Shown: positions 26,001 through 38,909 of the stretch, one piece after another
Layout: each line of letters starts with the position of its first letter
Position numbering within the stretch: the stretch's first letter is position 1
Source of the DNA: Chlorokybus atmophyticus
Lineage: Eukaryota > Plantae > Mesostigma and Chlorokybus algae
Direction: 5' to 3'
NCBI GenBank assembly: GCA_009103225.1
Contig: RHPI01001292.1
Coordinates: forward strand, 62,001 to 126,000
Length of the DNA stretch: 64,000 nt
Notes under the pieces: generated by a model
Databases searched by the model: none
Told to the model about the DNA's origin: nothing
The model's input: only the letters and a program-made list of their open reading frames with translations
Position numbers and translations under genes: made by a program

Positions 26001-27342
26001 TCGCGCTCACACTAGCGCTGCTGCTGCTGACTACGTGCAGCACAGCCGCAAAGACTTTCGAAACCCAACAACAAACTTGATGGTTATCGAATTCTAGGAG
26101 AAAATCTCTCCAGAGACAGATCAAAAAAACTTGTTTGGGGGAGCTTTGATATTAACTCGAGGCCACATTGCGGGTATGGAGCTGCCTAGCTGGACGGCTG
26201 CATGGCAGCACTCTGTTTCCTCGTGTCGCGTCGCACAGCCACGGTGGATGTCCGTGACAAGCAAGTTTGTACGATGGGGTTGTACATGTCGTCGCTTGAT
26301 GACGTGGGGCTCATTGCCAAAGCCCCACGCTTATTGCAATTTGCAATGAGCCTACCACACACACACACACACAAAATAAGCCTACCGCACACCGGTGTTC
26401 TACCCAAGTCCATGTGTAGCTATCAGCTCCTCTCAGCAATAAGCGGCCAGACCTCTCCGCAATCAGCAATAAAAGATATACTGCTTTCATTAATATCCTT
26501 CTCGCCTTTTGTTTTCCATAAGTTGCTGCACTCATTTATGGTATTGAATACGTTTCAATACTTTTCAGAAACGGCCTTTATGAGGTTTTCTTGTATGTGA
26601 TATAGACCAACAACTTGTAAACCCGCAAACCGCGAATGCAATGTGAATTACGTGTGTACCATTGGCCCGAGAGCAAGGTTGCTATATTTGTGCAAAAACA
26701 ATCTGAAAAAGACAATGTTGGGTATGATAGGTTTTACAATTGTATGGTGAAGTTGGGTCATTTGTGATAAGCTCAACTCATTTTACTAGTTGAAGAACTA
26801 TCAGATATCATGCCAAGCTTCAATGATAAGTATGTTGGTAGTCTTTAAATATATCCGATTTCTACTACCACTACTATGATTATGTGTCCGCTCCGCATGC
26901 TCTCCCTCAATATATACGGAAATGCTTAAACCAACCTCTCAAGTTGCATGCAGCGGAAGGCAAGCTTTTTGCACTGCGTTGCAGGCAGCAGCACCACTAC
27001 AATTGGATTTTATACTGCACTAACAGCAAGGTGGAAAGCGGTCTTACTGCTAAATAATGGGATCCTGTGGAGAGGTCTGTCAATTCTGATCTGAAGACAT
27101 GCATGCAAAACTTGTCTTGAAATAACTCAACATTAACTACATACATATCACCTCGCTTTCTGTACCACTTTAAACCCTTCAACACGCGTGACTAGCGGGG
27201 TGCAAGTAGGGGGTGGAGTGATGCCACTTTGTTTTTAACAACCTCTCAAGTAATGTTTCATTGCGGCCGCTCTCCTCAAAAAAGTTTTATATAAGTGTCA
27301 GTGTGTGGTTAGCAAGATTATACAGTTGCTGATTCATGCTTT

Positions 27343-27886
27343 CGATTGCCCATAATTTATGGCACGGAAACTCTATTGAATGCCGGAGTGTCAGTACATC
27401 TCAGACGTTTAAGCATAAAGAACACATTCATGTGATTTAATGGGTTGAAACAGTGCGTGCATATTACAATGTCACAACAGCTCAGATAATCAGCAACCCA
27501 ACACCTTACGACCTTGAACCTTACAACACTACACTTAATAATAAAACGTAGATAGAACACACACAGTTGCGTCATGGCCATGTTTGTGATCTGAATATCC
27601 AAGTCTCATCGCACAGACATCGCACGTTGACAGATGATTGGTTATGGATCATGCATGTAAGCTGTAACTAAAAAAATGGTAACAGTAAACGCAACAAGTT
27701 TTCACAGGAACATCATTGACCAAGCACATTATTTTTGTTATTGACAACTTGAATATGCATGCAGCAAGTGATGCATTAACTGAACAACAACATTGGCATT
27801 CTCATGGGCAATATTGCGGGTGTGTTTCCTTCTAAATTGTATTTGCATAGTTTGAGTTCATGCGTTCTCTCATCTCGCACGGGGGA
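27343..27886 (+). mobile_element. Decayed Penelope-like element RT, 5' part (host of the nest)
   Basis: RLPIIYG at 27343, FVIDN, and GILMG...KLYLHS at 27795. With frameshifts these resemble PLE RT motifs (LPxIYGxxKxHK; GIPMGxxxAxxLANLYL). Confidence 0.6.
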
Positions 27887-28958
27887 TGTAACGTGGCTAG
27901 TAGTTATGCTTCAAGTGCTTTGACAAATGTGAGATAGACAACCAACAAGCATGTATGCTTGCTGCTACATGGTAGACATTGGTGTGGAACAGTTAGCCAC
28001 CTATGTCCATATGGTAAATACTGACATCTTATACATAGGTGTTTATCAGACAGACATTGATGTGGGCTAAGTAGCCACAATTGTTAAATATGTGTCTATT
28101 CTGTGGACAAAGACATCTAAGAAGACAAGTATGCTGATATCTGACACATGAGTGCGGAAACCCACAAATGTTAATATCATAGCTTTAAACTTGATGTCAC
28201 AAGGACTCAAAGCTAGAGATTATCAGAAAAGTCAAGCATAGATTTCGCATACAAGGGCGTGGATATCTTGCAGCGAATGTCCACCTTGTAGAAAACACTA
28301 TGGATATTACACGTTCACTGATTCCGAAAGTGCCAGAAAAAGGCAGATGCGAATATCGCACGGAAGTACGCTGGTATTGTAGACTGCAATACCGATATTA
28401 CAGAGACTGGTTTCCACAAAGTGTGTGGCCACGAAATTGTGTGGCCAAAACCATGAGATAATAGTACAATCTCATTGGATGCTCATACTTGGGGTAAGAT
28501 ATCCTCCAAGGTGATTGGTGTCAGCCTATCAAGGGCAAGTGTAAGAGTGCTTGTCACAAGATGGTTGGCCACCTTTGATTACATTAGGGTCCGAACGAGT
28601 CACACCATTGGTGGAGACACCCACTACCCTTAAATGACTAGATAAGGCACTAGGGGTATATAAGTGAGCATGCTCAGTAGGCAAGGCATGGGAGACTTGG
28701 ATCTACCTTGCCTTGACGTGCTCTCTCGTGTGGGACTAACGTGGGGTGTTTGGGTGAGAGGCCGTTCAAGGGGGTGCCAAAGCTCTTCAACCTCAAGGTG
28801 TGGACATGTGTCCTTATGTAGCACTTGTGTGTGAGTGTATACACGGTGTGAGAGTGCTTGCACTTGTGTGTGAGTGCTTGCACGACGTAGAGTGCATAAC
28901 CCTCATAGGTGAGCCTCACCTCTGAGAGCTAAATGCTCAAGCCTAGGGTGGCGTTACA
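27887..28958 (+). repeat. 5' LTR of the chromovirus
   Basis: Direct repeat of 50891-51941, roughly 85-90% identical by eye, with TG...CA ends. Confidence 0.95.
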
Positions 28959-28959
28959 T

Positions 28960-28972
28960 TGGTAGTCGGAGC
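28960..28972 (+). promoter_or_regulatory. Primer-binding site (TGGTAGTCGGAGC), similar to the tRNA-iMet type
   Basis: Lies 1 nt after the 5' LTR and starts with TGG. The tRNA identity is not verified. Confidence 0.7.
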
Positions 28973-29056
28973 TAAGATTGTGGGGAACCTTTGGGTTTTG
29001 TGGGCCTATCTAGAGTTGCTTAGAGGGCACTCATTGATTTTGTGTGTGCTAGGGTA

Positions 29057-32000
29057 TTATGGCGGAAGCTAGCTCCAACTCGGGCAATGTTGCTCAAGGC
29101 GTTCTCCCCGCTCAATTCATGAGCAAGAACTTGAGTGGACGCCGGAGGGAGCGGCGCATGACCCCATGAAGGCGGCACCGTTGACCAAGCCATCGTTCGA
29201 TGAGTTGAACACTGCATGGAAGGCTATGTTCAACAACATCGCCATGGGCACGGCGGCGCAAAAGGCCGAGGGGTGTAAGACACTCGTGTGCTCACTTGCG
29301 AGGGAGCAAGCACGCATGCATCGCGTGGAGGTATGGGTGGGGGCCATGAGCCGTATGGCACCGCATGCCTCACTCCTTGTGCGTGTGGGTAGGCTTGAGG
29401 ACAAGATAGTGGAGCTTGGAGGAGACCTCTCCACATGGCGCACCAAAGTTGGGGCGCAAGACGAGGCTCTCAAGCATCTCAACGACACGAGCTGGTTGGC
29501 GAACAAGCGCAAGAACTTCTCCGGCTTGAAGGGGCAAAGCATTGACGCATGATTGCAACAAATGGAGGCGTACTTGTCAAGCACGCCGACCTTGGAGTGG
29601 GTCAAGGTGGGGATGGCATTCCCGAGGCCGACTCACTCACCATTTGGTACCACGCTCAAGGACCATTAAAAGAAGAGCTCAAGTATGGTGGGATGCGTTT
29701 TAAGAAGGCGTTGCAAGACCAATACCTTCTAATCAACCGCGTGCAAGATGCACGCGACGAGCTTGAAGAACTCCAGATGTCGGGGTCGGTGGAGGAGTAT
29801 GCATGTCGCTTCAAACTCCTTGTGGCCAAAGTCCGTGCGGGAGGAGGCTAAATGAGTAGCGACGAGATGGTTAACAAGTTCAAGCGTGGGCTCAACTCCT
29901 AGCTATAGGGCATGCAAACGGTGTATCAAAACATTAAAACCGGCAAGCCGTGGGAAGGGGCGAAGTTTAATCTCCTCGTTGCGGCCACGTCGGAAGCGGC
30001 GAGAGCACTCGACACCGTCACTAAGAGAGGGAGAGAGGAGGGAGAGAGAGACTCTACTCCTTGCGTAGATGGCTCGAAGAAAGGCAAGTTTGTCAAGGGC
30101 AAAGGCAAGGGTAAGGAGCCCTTCAAGCCCAACAGCCACTCCAAGTCGAAGGGCAAAAAGCCGGCCAAGAAGAAGGAGAACTACATCGCCCTCAACCTCT
30201 CCATGGACGAGAAGGCAAAGCTCTTCAAGGAGGGCAAGTGCCTCTTTTGCAAGGAGCCCGGTCACCGTCTTGCGGAGTGCCCCGACAAGCCTAGCACTAG
30301 CAACTAGGAATTCGGGGTGGCTAAGATTGTAGCGGTAGCTACAAAGACACCATGTGTTTGCGTAATGGATAAGTTTCCGTTTGCTTGTGATGTAGCTTGG
30401 GAATTTAAATGCATGAGATTGCATGCGGTGAGTGAGTTGAATGAAACGCATGCGAATGTGCCCGTGTATGTGCCTCCTTTCCAGTCAAAAACGGCCATAC
30501 AAAAGTACTTGGACCACAAGCGTGATAACCCAAATACGAGGGCAATTGTTCTTACGCCGACATACAAGGGCATTTGGTCGGCAATGGTAAAGACCTTTGT
30601 AAGATACAAGGTCATGTTTAAGGAAGAAACGGGCATTGGCAAGCCATTAATCATGCGGCATGATGACCGTAGTCACCGTGTTCAAGAAGAGCACGAAGAA
30701 GAGTCACTACTGTGGGTACTTGATGGCAACATGCTTGGTAGGAATGTGGGTGTGCTTGTAGACACCGGCACGGTGTGCAACTTTATAGATATAAGGTTGT
30801 TGAACCGTGCAATGGTATGCATGAAAGCTTCCCATGACAAGTTTGCTACCATTGATGGTGCGCCCATACCGGTGCTCGACCAAGTTGAGCTTTAAGTCAA
30901 CATGGGCAACTACTCTAGTAAGGTTGCTTCAAGTTATGAACATAAGAATGCAAGGCATTGAAGTGATCCTAGGCCAAATTGGCACTTGCGCTCACGCGCA
31001 GTATGTTACGAGGGCACGCAAGTGCACCGTGTTTAAGGGAGAGCACAAGTATGAGATGTCAGTGTCTCAACGCAAGATCCTTCTAAGGAGGGGTGCGCAC
31101 AAGCGCGTGGTTGCTTTGGTAAGCTACCACCCCGACGGGGAAGAAGGCCTCGTCAGTGAAACTTGTGATGCACAACACGCGGGAAGTGCTTTTACAAACG
31201 AGAAGCAAGAGCTCCACCCTATTGTTGTCAACAACATGGACGTGTACAAGGATGAACTACCTTCGCTCCCACCGGAGCGTGACATTTGGCATACAACACC
31301 CCTAAAAGATGAGAACAAAGTGCCTCCATCAAGGCCTTTGTATAGGCTAAGCCCGGTGGAGTACGCGGAGATGGAGAGGCAATTGTATTTGCTACTTGAG
31401 AAGAAGTTAATTAGGCCTAATTTCTCACCGTATGCGGCACCGATCTTCTTTTTTGTTTTTAAAGCCTCACGATAGAGGGTTGCGCATGTGCGTGGACTAT
31501 CGGGCTTTTAATAACAACACCGTGAAGAACAAGTATTTCATACCAAGGATTGATGACTTGTATGACCAATTGGGCAAAGGAAAGGTGTTTAGTGCATTGG
31601 AATTTCAAGTCGTTGATAACCCGCAGTCTTGACAGAGGGTTATCATCAGAAATCCAAATCACTAAAGAAGATATACCGAAAACTTCTTTTAGACACCAAA
31701 AGGCCATTTCCATGTAAAGTGTTGCCTTTTTGTCTGCCCAATGCACCTGCTATTTTCCAAGCAGTGATGAACCACATCCTTGCTCCCTGCATCAACAAGT
31801 CTGTGCTCGTCTATCTAGACAACATTTTGGTGTATAGCGAGAATGAGGGGGAGCGTGCTAAACACCTCCACGTAGTGTTTGACACACTACGCAAGCACAA
31901 GTTCAATGCTTGCTTGGAGAAATGTCGCTTTTTTAAAAAAGAGGTGTTGTTTCTTGGTCACGTGGTTGGTAATGGAACCAACAAGGCCGACCCTACAGAG

Positions 32001-32140
32001 GTAGGCGTGGTGAAGGAATGGCCTTCACCGAAAAAAAGTGTTCGACTTGCGGTCATTCTTAGGCCTAGCCAAGTACTTTAGGCGCTTCATCCTGGGGTAC
32101 TCGGCGAAAGCAACACCGCTCACCAAGTTGTTGAGCAAGG
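29057..32140 (+). pseudogene. Chromovirus gag-PR-RT (5' part of polyprotein, many stops and frameshifts)
   Basis: Zinc knuckle CLFCKEPGHRLAEC, protease VLVDTGTVCNF, RT RPLYRLSP, LRMCVDYRAFN, PRIDDLYDQL and YLDNIL, then [12 protein letters not shown]. Confidence 0.92.
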
Positions 32141-32979
32141 TGTCGGGTCGAGGAAAGTCGAGGGTCACGTTGTCTCGTGCAGCTGGAAGGAAAGACATGC
32201 TTGCTGGACATGCAACTGCGGCATGCTTTAGCATGTCTGGTGGTGGTAGCAAAAGCAAAAAGATAACCCAGCTCTTGTAACAGTAGCTGCTTCTTGGAGC
32301 ACGTCTGCCGATGTGGAGTGGTGCGGACATGTGGAGGGAATCTCCTCCTTGGTGTATATGCTGATGTAGGACACACACTCAACAAGCCACTGCTATGGGT
32401 AGTGCTGTTTACAGAGTTTTTTGATTGAGTGGAAAATGTGTTACACTGTTACGTGAGGTGAATGAGCAAGCAACACGTGAATGCTATGCTCTGACTGATG
32501 CCAACAAGCACACCGCAACCAAGCGCATCAAGCTCATAGCAATGAAAAGCACAGTGCACACGAGCATGCACAGACTCTGACGCGATGAGGGGATTCTTGA
32601 TAATCAGGACGGCGTGGTCGTAGTTCAAGTCGCTTCACAAGCTCCTAGCTTTCTCACTCATAGTGTCACCAGCTGATTCCATAAACACTGCGACTACTTA
32701 TACGAGTCAAGTTTTGACTGTTTAAAACACAAGCTAACGGTCATATCGGGGCTGTTCCCACAAGAATTCTCCCTTGATATGGAACATAACATATAGATGA
32801 ATTCACAACCAAACAGCTACGCGCGGTGCTTGTGTAGGCCACGATCATAAGCTAGCATAAGGTCATCATCTAGCTACTGGTCAGTGACGCGCGCGGGTCG
32901 ATATGCTGATAGTTCGGGCGAGTGTCTTGATGTAAGCATGCCTGATGCAGGCTGACACACGAGGACAATAGGCATGGCA
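32141..32979. repeat. Terminal repeat unit A+B (A 32141-32389, B 32381-32979)
   Basis: A matches 32982-33234 and B matches 48182-48774, about 85% by eye. Confidence 0.9.
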
Positions 32980-32981
32980 GC

Positions 32982-33234
32982 TGTCGGGTCGAGGAAAGTC
33001 GAGGGTCACACATTGTGTCATGCAGCTGGCAGGAAAGACATACTTGCTGAACATTCTACTGCGGCATGCTGTAGCATGTCTGGTGGTGTTATAAAAAGCC
33101 AAAAGATAACTCAGCCTTTGCAACAGTAGGTGCTGCTTTGAGCACGTCCGCTGATGTGGAGTGGTGCGGACACGTGGAGGAAATCTCTCCCTTTGTACAC
33201 ATGCTGTGCTGTAAGACACACAGTTAACAAGCCA
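32982..33234. repeat. Second copy of A (A'), directly adjacent to the PPT
   Basis: The first 28 nt are identical to 32141-32168. On the minus strand it starts TGGCTTGTT right after AAGGGGGG (33235-33242). Confidence 0.9.
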
Positions 33235-33307
33235 CCCCCCTTGAGCCTCTGGGGAGGTTCCAGCTCCAGAGCTCAGTGTTCAACGAGTGTGGAGGGCCGT
33301 TGGCGCG

Positions 33308-33442
33308 GCAGTCATCACACCAGTATTCCTCCATGGGTACCGCATCCAGTGGGGGCTCAAAATAGTAGCAATGCAGGCCCTTGTTGCAGCCATCACAAAG
33401 CATCATAAGCGAGTCATCGTCGGCTCTGCCGCAGCGCTCGCA
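33308..33442 (-). pseudogene. PHD finger at the C-terminus of the retrotransposon integrase
   Basis: CERC...MMLCDGCNKGLHCYY...PPLDAVPMEEYWCDDC fits C4HC3 with one Cys apparently changed to Tyr. Confidence 0.88.
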
Positions 33443-36430
33443 ACGTGTGCGGCGGAGCGAGGGTGCTTGATACGCCAAGACCCTGCTACGTAAGGGAGGT
33501 GACATGGCGCGTAGTTCACCATGTTGTTCTTCAACCTCTTTCTGGTGTACTGGAAATCCCCGGCCAGGCTGGCCGGGGAGGTCTAGTACTCTTGTGGGTA
33601 CACATTGAGCACTTGTAGACTGTGCGGACAATAGAGGTGTTAAGCGTGCTTTTAGGGACCTCCATGCGGTAGGCGAAGTCTCCTGTTTAAAACCGGCGTT
33701 GGCGCTCCTTGTAGAAGCCATTGCGCACGCGCTCGTAGCATAGCGTGTCGCGTGCTGCGCAATGCGCAAGTTGTTGAAGGCCGTAGGGACTGTGCGCTCA
33801 AATAGTGCTGCGCGCGTGTTAATGTCATGGTGCATCCAGTCGGGGTCGTCGAGGTTGTTCACCACGCGATCCACCTCCTGATGTGCACGGAAAGGAAGTA
33901 GTAGCAGCGGTCGCCTGAACAGTACGTAGTACGGGCTGTACTCGCGCAGAGCTGCCTGCTTTGACAGTCGATTTCCAAGAGCCACCCATGGGAGGTGGTC
34001 ATCCCAAGTATTCTTCTCGTACTCCAGCACATACTTGCGGAGTGCCTATTTAATGGTCTGCACCGTGCGCTCGGCGAAACCGTCGGTTTGGGGGTGGTCA
34101 CGCGAGGTACGGCAATGATCGGTGTAGCACCCATCTAAGAGAGTATCGAACTCCCCTTTGGACTCAGTGCCTTGGTCGGTGATGACCTCTGCGCAGCTAC
34201 CAAACCGGCTGAGGACATGTGAGAGGGAGGCTTGAGCCACCCGTCTATAGCTCTTGTTGGGTAGTGGCACCAGCTCCACCCACTTGAAGAAATGCTCGAT
34301 CATCTTTATGATATAGCGGTTGCCGCATGCCGAGGGTGCTAAGTCTCCCAGTATGTCGAGTCCCCATCGATAGAAGAGACCTGAGATGGGAAGAGGATGT
34401 AATGTGGCGCTGCGCGTGTTGAGGCTGGCGCGCACCATGTCACATTGTTGACAGTGACTTATAAACTCCTGCACCTGCTTGTACAACCCATGCCACCAGT
34501 ACTGTGCCCTTACAAGGCTGACGGTGCGCTCGACACCGAAGTGTCGAAGCTCAGTGTGGAGGGCAGTGATGATGCCTTCACGTGTGGCCGGTGTTGGCAC
34601 CTCCTTATCTTCACCATAGAGGAGACGATACAGCTTGTCATCCACCCCAGCGGTAGCTGAGTGCGTTGGTTGATGCGGTCCTTCTCATGCGCACGCATAC
34701 CAAAGGAAAGAGAAGGATGGCTTGTCCAGCTATATGTCATGCCTGGTGTTGGTGGGTGCCAGCTCTGTGTCATTGGCTGCTGCATCATGCATGCAGGCTG
34801 CAATTGGCTGGTAGCTTCCTTAGGTTTTTATTTCTCGAAGATTGCAGACCAGTAGATTACAACCGATTGCAGATCAGGAGACCCCTTTAACCTCGATGTC
34901 ACCACCGCGAGTGGTCCTTGCGCGTGTAGTGGTTGCGGAGCCGGTTGGCTCAAGGGCAGGCATCTCTTTAGTTGTTGCAGAGGCACCGGCGTCGGTCTTG
35001 CGCCCTAAGCGCGATGCGGTGACAGCAAACATGGCAGCCATTGTCGCAGCTGATGATGCAGGGCCGAGCTCATGCCGAGCTCCAGTTGCATTGTTGGTGC
35101 TCAGGTGTGGGTTACGACTGAGTCCATCGGCGTCTTGGTTGGTGAGGCCAGCGCAATGGTTGATCTCAAAGTCATAGTTCTGCAGTAGTAGGGCCCAACG
35201 GGCAAGTTTTCTATCAAATGTGGGCCGCTCATCACCTACTTGAGTGGCTGATCATCAGTAATCAACTAAAAGTGTCGGCCGAAGAGGAAGGGCCGGAAGA
35301 AGAAAATAGCCCACACTGCAGCGAGGCACTCTCTTTCGTAGCTGCTGTAGTTGGCCTCCGCACTGTTGTTGCTCCAACTACCGTATGACACCACCCGCTT
35401 CTTCTTGTTCTTATCGTGATGCACCAGCACGGCTCCCATCCCGAGCTTGCTTCAGTCGGTGAGAAGGATGAAGGACGTAGTGTAGTCAGGGCGTTGAAGG
35501 ATGGGTGCTGTAGTGAGCCTGCCTTTCAGCTTCTTGAAGGCCTGCTGCTGCGGCTCCATCCACACGAACTCCACTTTCTTCGTCAGTAGCTCATTGAGGG
35601 GCCGCGCTATCTTTGCGAAGTCCTTCGCGAAGTCCTTCCCGAATCGACGATAGTAGTTGATTAGGCCCAAGAAGGCGCGCAGGCGCCTGACGTCCGTTGA
35701 AGCAGGGATAGCTGCAAGGGCCTCCACTTTTGCCTGCTGTACGTACACCGTGGGGCACAATCATGTGCCCCATGTAGGGTACCTTGTGAGCGAAGAAGAT
35801 GCACTTGTTGGGGTGCACAGTCATCCCCACTCCCTTGAGCCTCTCCAGCACCTCCTTGACGTGCTGTAGGTGCTCTTCGTTGTTGCAGCTGAAGATAAGA
35901 TTGTCGTCGATGTAGCGCCGCGCGAAGTCCAGCCCTTTCGAGGCTTTGCCCATGACGCGCTGGAACTCGGGGGCACTCTTCAGCCCGAACGGCATCACTT
36001 CTTATGGTGTAACTCTCGGTTGCCTAAAAAGGTCTTGTTCTTGTCCTCATCCTTGATGGCGATTTGGTTGTATCCTTGGCACATGTTGAGGATGCTGAAG
36101 ACTGTGCAGTCTCCTACATTGTGAAACATGCCCTATGCTGTGGGCATTGGGTATCCATCTTGTTTGGTCTTGTTGTTGAGGGGGCGGTAGTCGCCGCACA
36201 TGCGCCGTTCGGTCCAGTTGCTTGCTCAATCCTTCTTCAATGACATGACCGCCGCGCCTGCAAAGTACGATGTCGATCCCTCAGTGAGGCCTGCGTCCAG
36301 CAGTGCCTTACATCTGTATTCCACCAGATCCTCCTTTGACTTGGAGAGCCCATATTGCCGTCGGAACACCGCCTCCGTGTCCGCCAGCTCGATGTTCATT
36401 GGGTACACTTTCCCAGCTCTTTTACGTTAA
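33443..36430 (-). pseudogene. RT, RNase H and integrase of the inner gypsy element (degenerate)
   Basis: RRMCGDYRPLN, MPFGLKSAPEFQR, YIDD, FLGLINYYRRF, FILLTD, H..H..CQQC zinc finger, WGLDILG, VITDQGTE and DGFAERTVQTIK. Confidence 0.93.
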
Positions 36431-36719
36431 AGCTGAATTGGTCTCCTCCACCTGTTGAGGAGACCTCCAGCTTCTCTTGCGTGTACTCCGTGGCAAAAGC
36501 ACCGGTGGCGTGGTCCCATGACGTTGCGTTGGCAACCACTGGGATGTCTTCCATTGTTACTGCTGCTTGCTAGCAGCAGTAACAATGGTCCGCCATGTGA
36601 GCCACCTCGAGGGCTGTATGAGCTGCCTTGATGTCTGCAACGCAATCAGCCCACCCCCCAACCAGGTGTGCGAGGTCCAAAAAGAACACTTTGCGGTCCT
36701 GCAGCGCAAAGCTCAGCTC

Positions 36720-37673
36720 CTGCAACCAGACCATGCTGTTTTAGTCCATGGCGCGGCCGAGCAGCCAACTTTGCTGACTGTCGGTTAGTGGGGACCCCGT
36801 GATACTGTTGGGGGAAAACCTTATGGCGCGTTCACGCTCGCGTGCATTGGGTTCGTCCAGCTTGCTTGTCGTGGTGTTGAACACCGTATGCATGCCATCG
36901 CCTCCATTGCAGAAAGCATAGGACCCTGGGTAGGACACCAATGTGGGAAGTGCGCGGCGCGGTTGCCCAGGTTGGTTGCACTAATGGAAGTGGCTGTGGT
37001 CAAGACGTGTGACAGGTTGAGCTTTACGGTCGGGGATGAGGATGTCGTCGACCAGAAGGTTGCGTGGCATGTACTGCGCGTGTACTCGGCTGTCATCAGC
37101 TCTTTTGTGGTGGCCAAGTTTGTCCACTTGGCGCGGACGCGATGTGCACGGGAACCATAGCGCGCTGCGTTCACCTTGAGTGGATGCTCAAGAACGGAGC
37201 ATACCTGTTAATAGGTGGAGACTACATGGGGACGCTTGTCGTCCTCAAAGTGCACGTTCTCAATGACGCACCCTAGTGGATTGAAGATCTGGTGCTGTTG
37301 GAGGAGGTGGCTGATTCTCATCAGCTCCCAAAACAGATCTGAGTGAGTATCGTCAAGGCCGCGGCATGTTCCTGCCCTTGAGTGTCCTTAACACTCCCAT
37401 CTAGCTTAAGAAGTCGATGTTGCCGAGGGACAGCAAGAGGTCCTCTGTGATCAATCGGATGTCTTGTGGCAATGCCTTGAGGCTGCCTTGCAGTGTCAAC
37501 GAGGGCAATTGCTGTAGATAACGCTCGTGCAGCTGACACAGATGATGCTTAAGGAGTGCTTAAGCGCGTGGGTCAGGGTCGCAATAATAGTATTTAGTGA
37601 CTTTCACACCTGTATAAAGGACCGCGGCGAGACCACTGCCGATGTCTCCGAACAATTTCACTACCATGATGCC
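36720..37673 (-). pseudogene. C5-cytosine DNA methyltransferase domain (DNMT3-like) inside pol, with stops and two frameshifts
   Basis: Motif I GIMVVKLFGDIGSGL, II YYYCDPDP, IV IDFL..WEC*GHSRAG..RGLDD..SDLFWEL, VI VIENV, VIII VNAARYGSRAHRVRAKWTNL, IX ERERAIRF and X LLGRAMD, all in the correct order and spacing. Confidence 0.9.
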
Positions 37674-38197
37674 CTGCTGCCGCCGAAAGGTATTGAATTC
37701 CGCGACTGCAGTGGCTACCATTTGCTGGCGTTGCACCTTGCAGTGTCCCTTGTAGTTGTGGAAGCGCGAAGTGATCAGTGGCTGGGTCAGCAAAAGGTAC
37801 GCGTCCACCTGTGCACGCCAACGGCGTTCGGCAGGGTTTTATAATGCCACCTCAACCGTGGCATCCTCATGCTCCTCGATGTTAAGAATGGGAGCGGAGC
37901 CGTCTGCGCGGCAAGGGGCTGCGGCGATGGCAGCGACTCTTGTGCGGGCGCTGTCATATGTGGCTGATGCAGCTCCCGTATGCGCACGTAACTGCATCTT
38001 GCTGTGTGGCAGCCACTTTGCATTGGGCACGCATGCGTGACACCAACACGAGAGGTAGAAAGCCCTGTACCTCTCCATCATCTTCATCCCCATGCGGGCG
38101 GAACCACGCCCGCTCTGTCCAGCAGTTAAGGCCCATGCCCACGGGGAAGTTGAAGTCCTGTCCAAGCAAAGAAGCTAGCGGTGGTGACCACGCATTG

Positions 38198-38545
38198 CTA
38201 AACGAACTCGGTGTGGGTTGGGTCCAGCCCTGTTAGCCGAATGCAGAAGGCCTCCTTGGTGACCGCCATCACCGCGACACGGCTCCCCGTTGCTGTGTCC
38301 AATGCGTATGGGCAGGGCATCAGGTCTAAGCTGGTGATGCCAAGGGACCGCGCGAAAAAGCGCTCAATGATGACTGGCTGTGCTTCGGTGTCCAAAATCA
38401 CCCGCTTGGGTGCCATGCCTTTAATGGTCACATGCTTGCCTTGGTTGGCTACTGTGGCAGCGTTGGCGTTGATGCGTAGCCTCTTGGTGCGGGCTATCGT
38501 CACCGGTGCCTCACGTCTCTCAGCTGAAGGTGCTGAGCGCATCAT
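38198..38545 (-). pseudogene. Retroviral-type aspartic protease of the inner gypsy element
   Basis: KRVILDTEAQPVII (DTG-like), followed by ILGQDFNF-like text in the next ORF piece. Confidence 0.75.
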
Positions 38546-38909
38546 AGCCAGAGCTCCTCTGCCTACTGGATCTTGACGACCCCCTTCTTGTCCTCTCCCT
38601 CTGCCAAATCAACCTTGTCGTGGTGGTTGGTCGACATGGAGAGGCCTTTGCGCTAGGGTTTCTGGTGCTGGCTGTGGTGGATGCCGCCTTGAAGAGGATG
38701 GGATCATGCCTGCCGCCGTCCCCAATGGTTGTGGAGGAAAGCCCGACTGACCCGGTTTTTGCGGGCCTGCCTCGCGTTCTGCTTGCTTTGCGGCGTAGGT
38801 CCATCAAACAGCATGAGCTGCGTCTTTAACCAATGTCCCTTCCCACATGGATGTGGGCTCTATGTTCACATTGGTCTAATGGTGATAGGGCTGCTGGTAT
38901 ACCCCGCGC

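Noticed and set aside
29903-30451. Long antisense ORFs over retrotransposon genes (also 43272-43889 and 45571-46113)
   Set aside because: They are shadows of the sense-strand coding frames, with no independent motifs.
32136-32140. A 5-bp TSD for the inner gypsy element
   Set aside because: CAAGG and AAGGA do not match. Only the 4-bp AAGG duplicates, and it restores the host reading frame.
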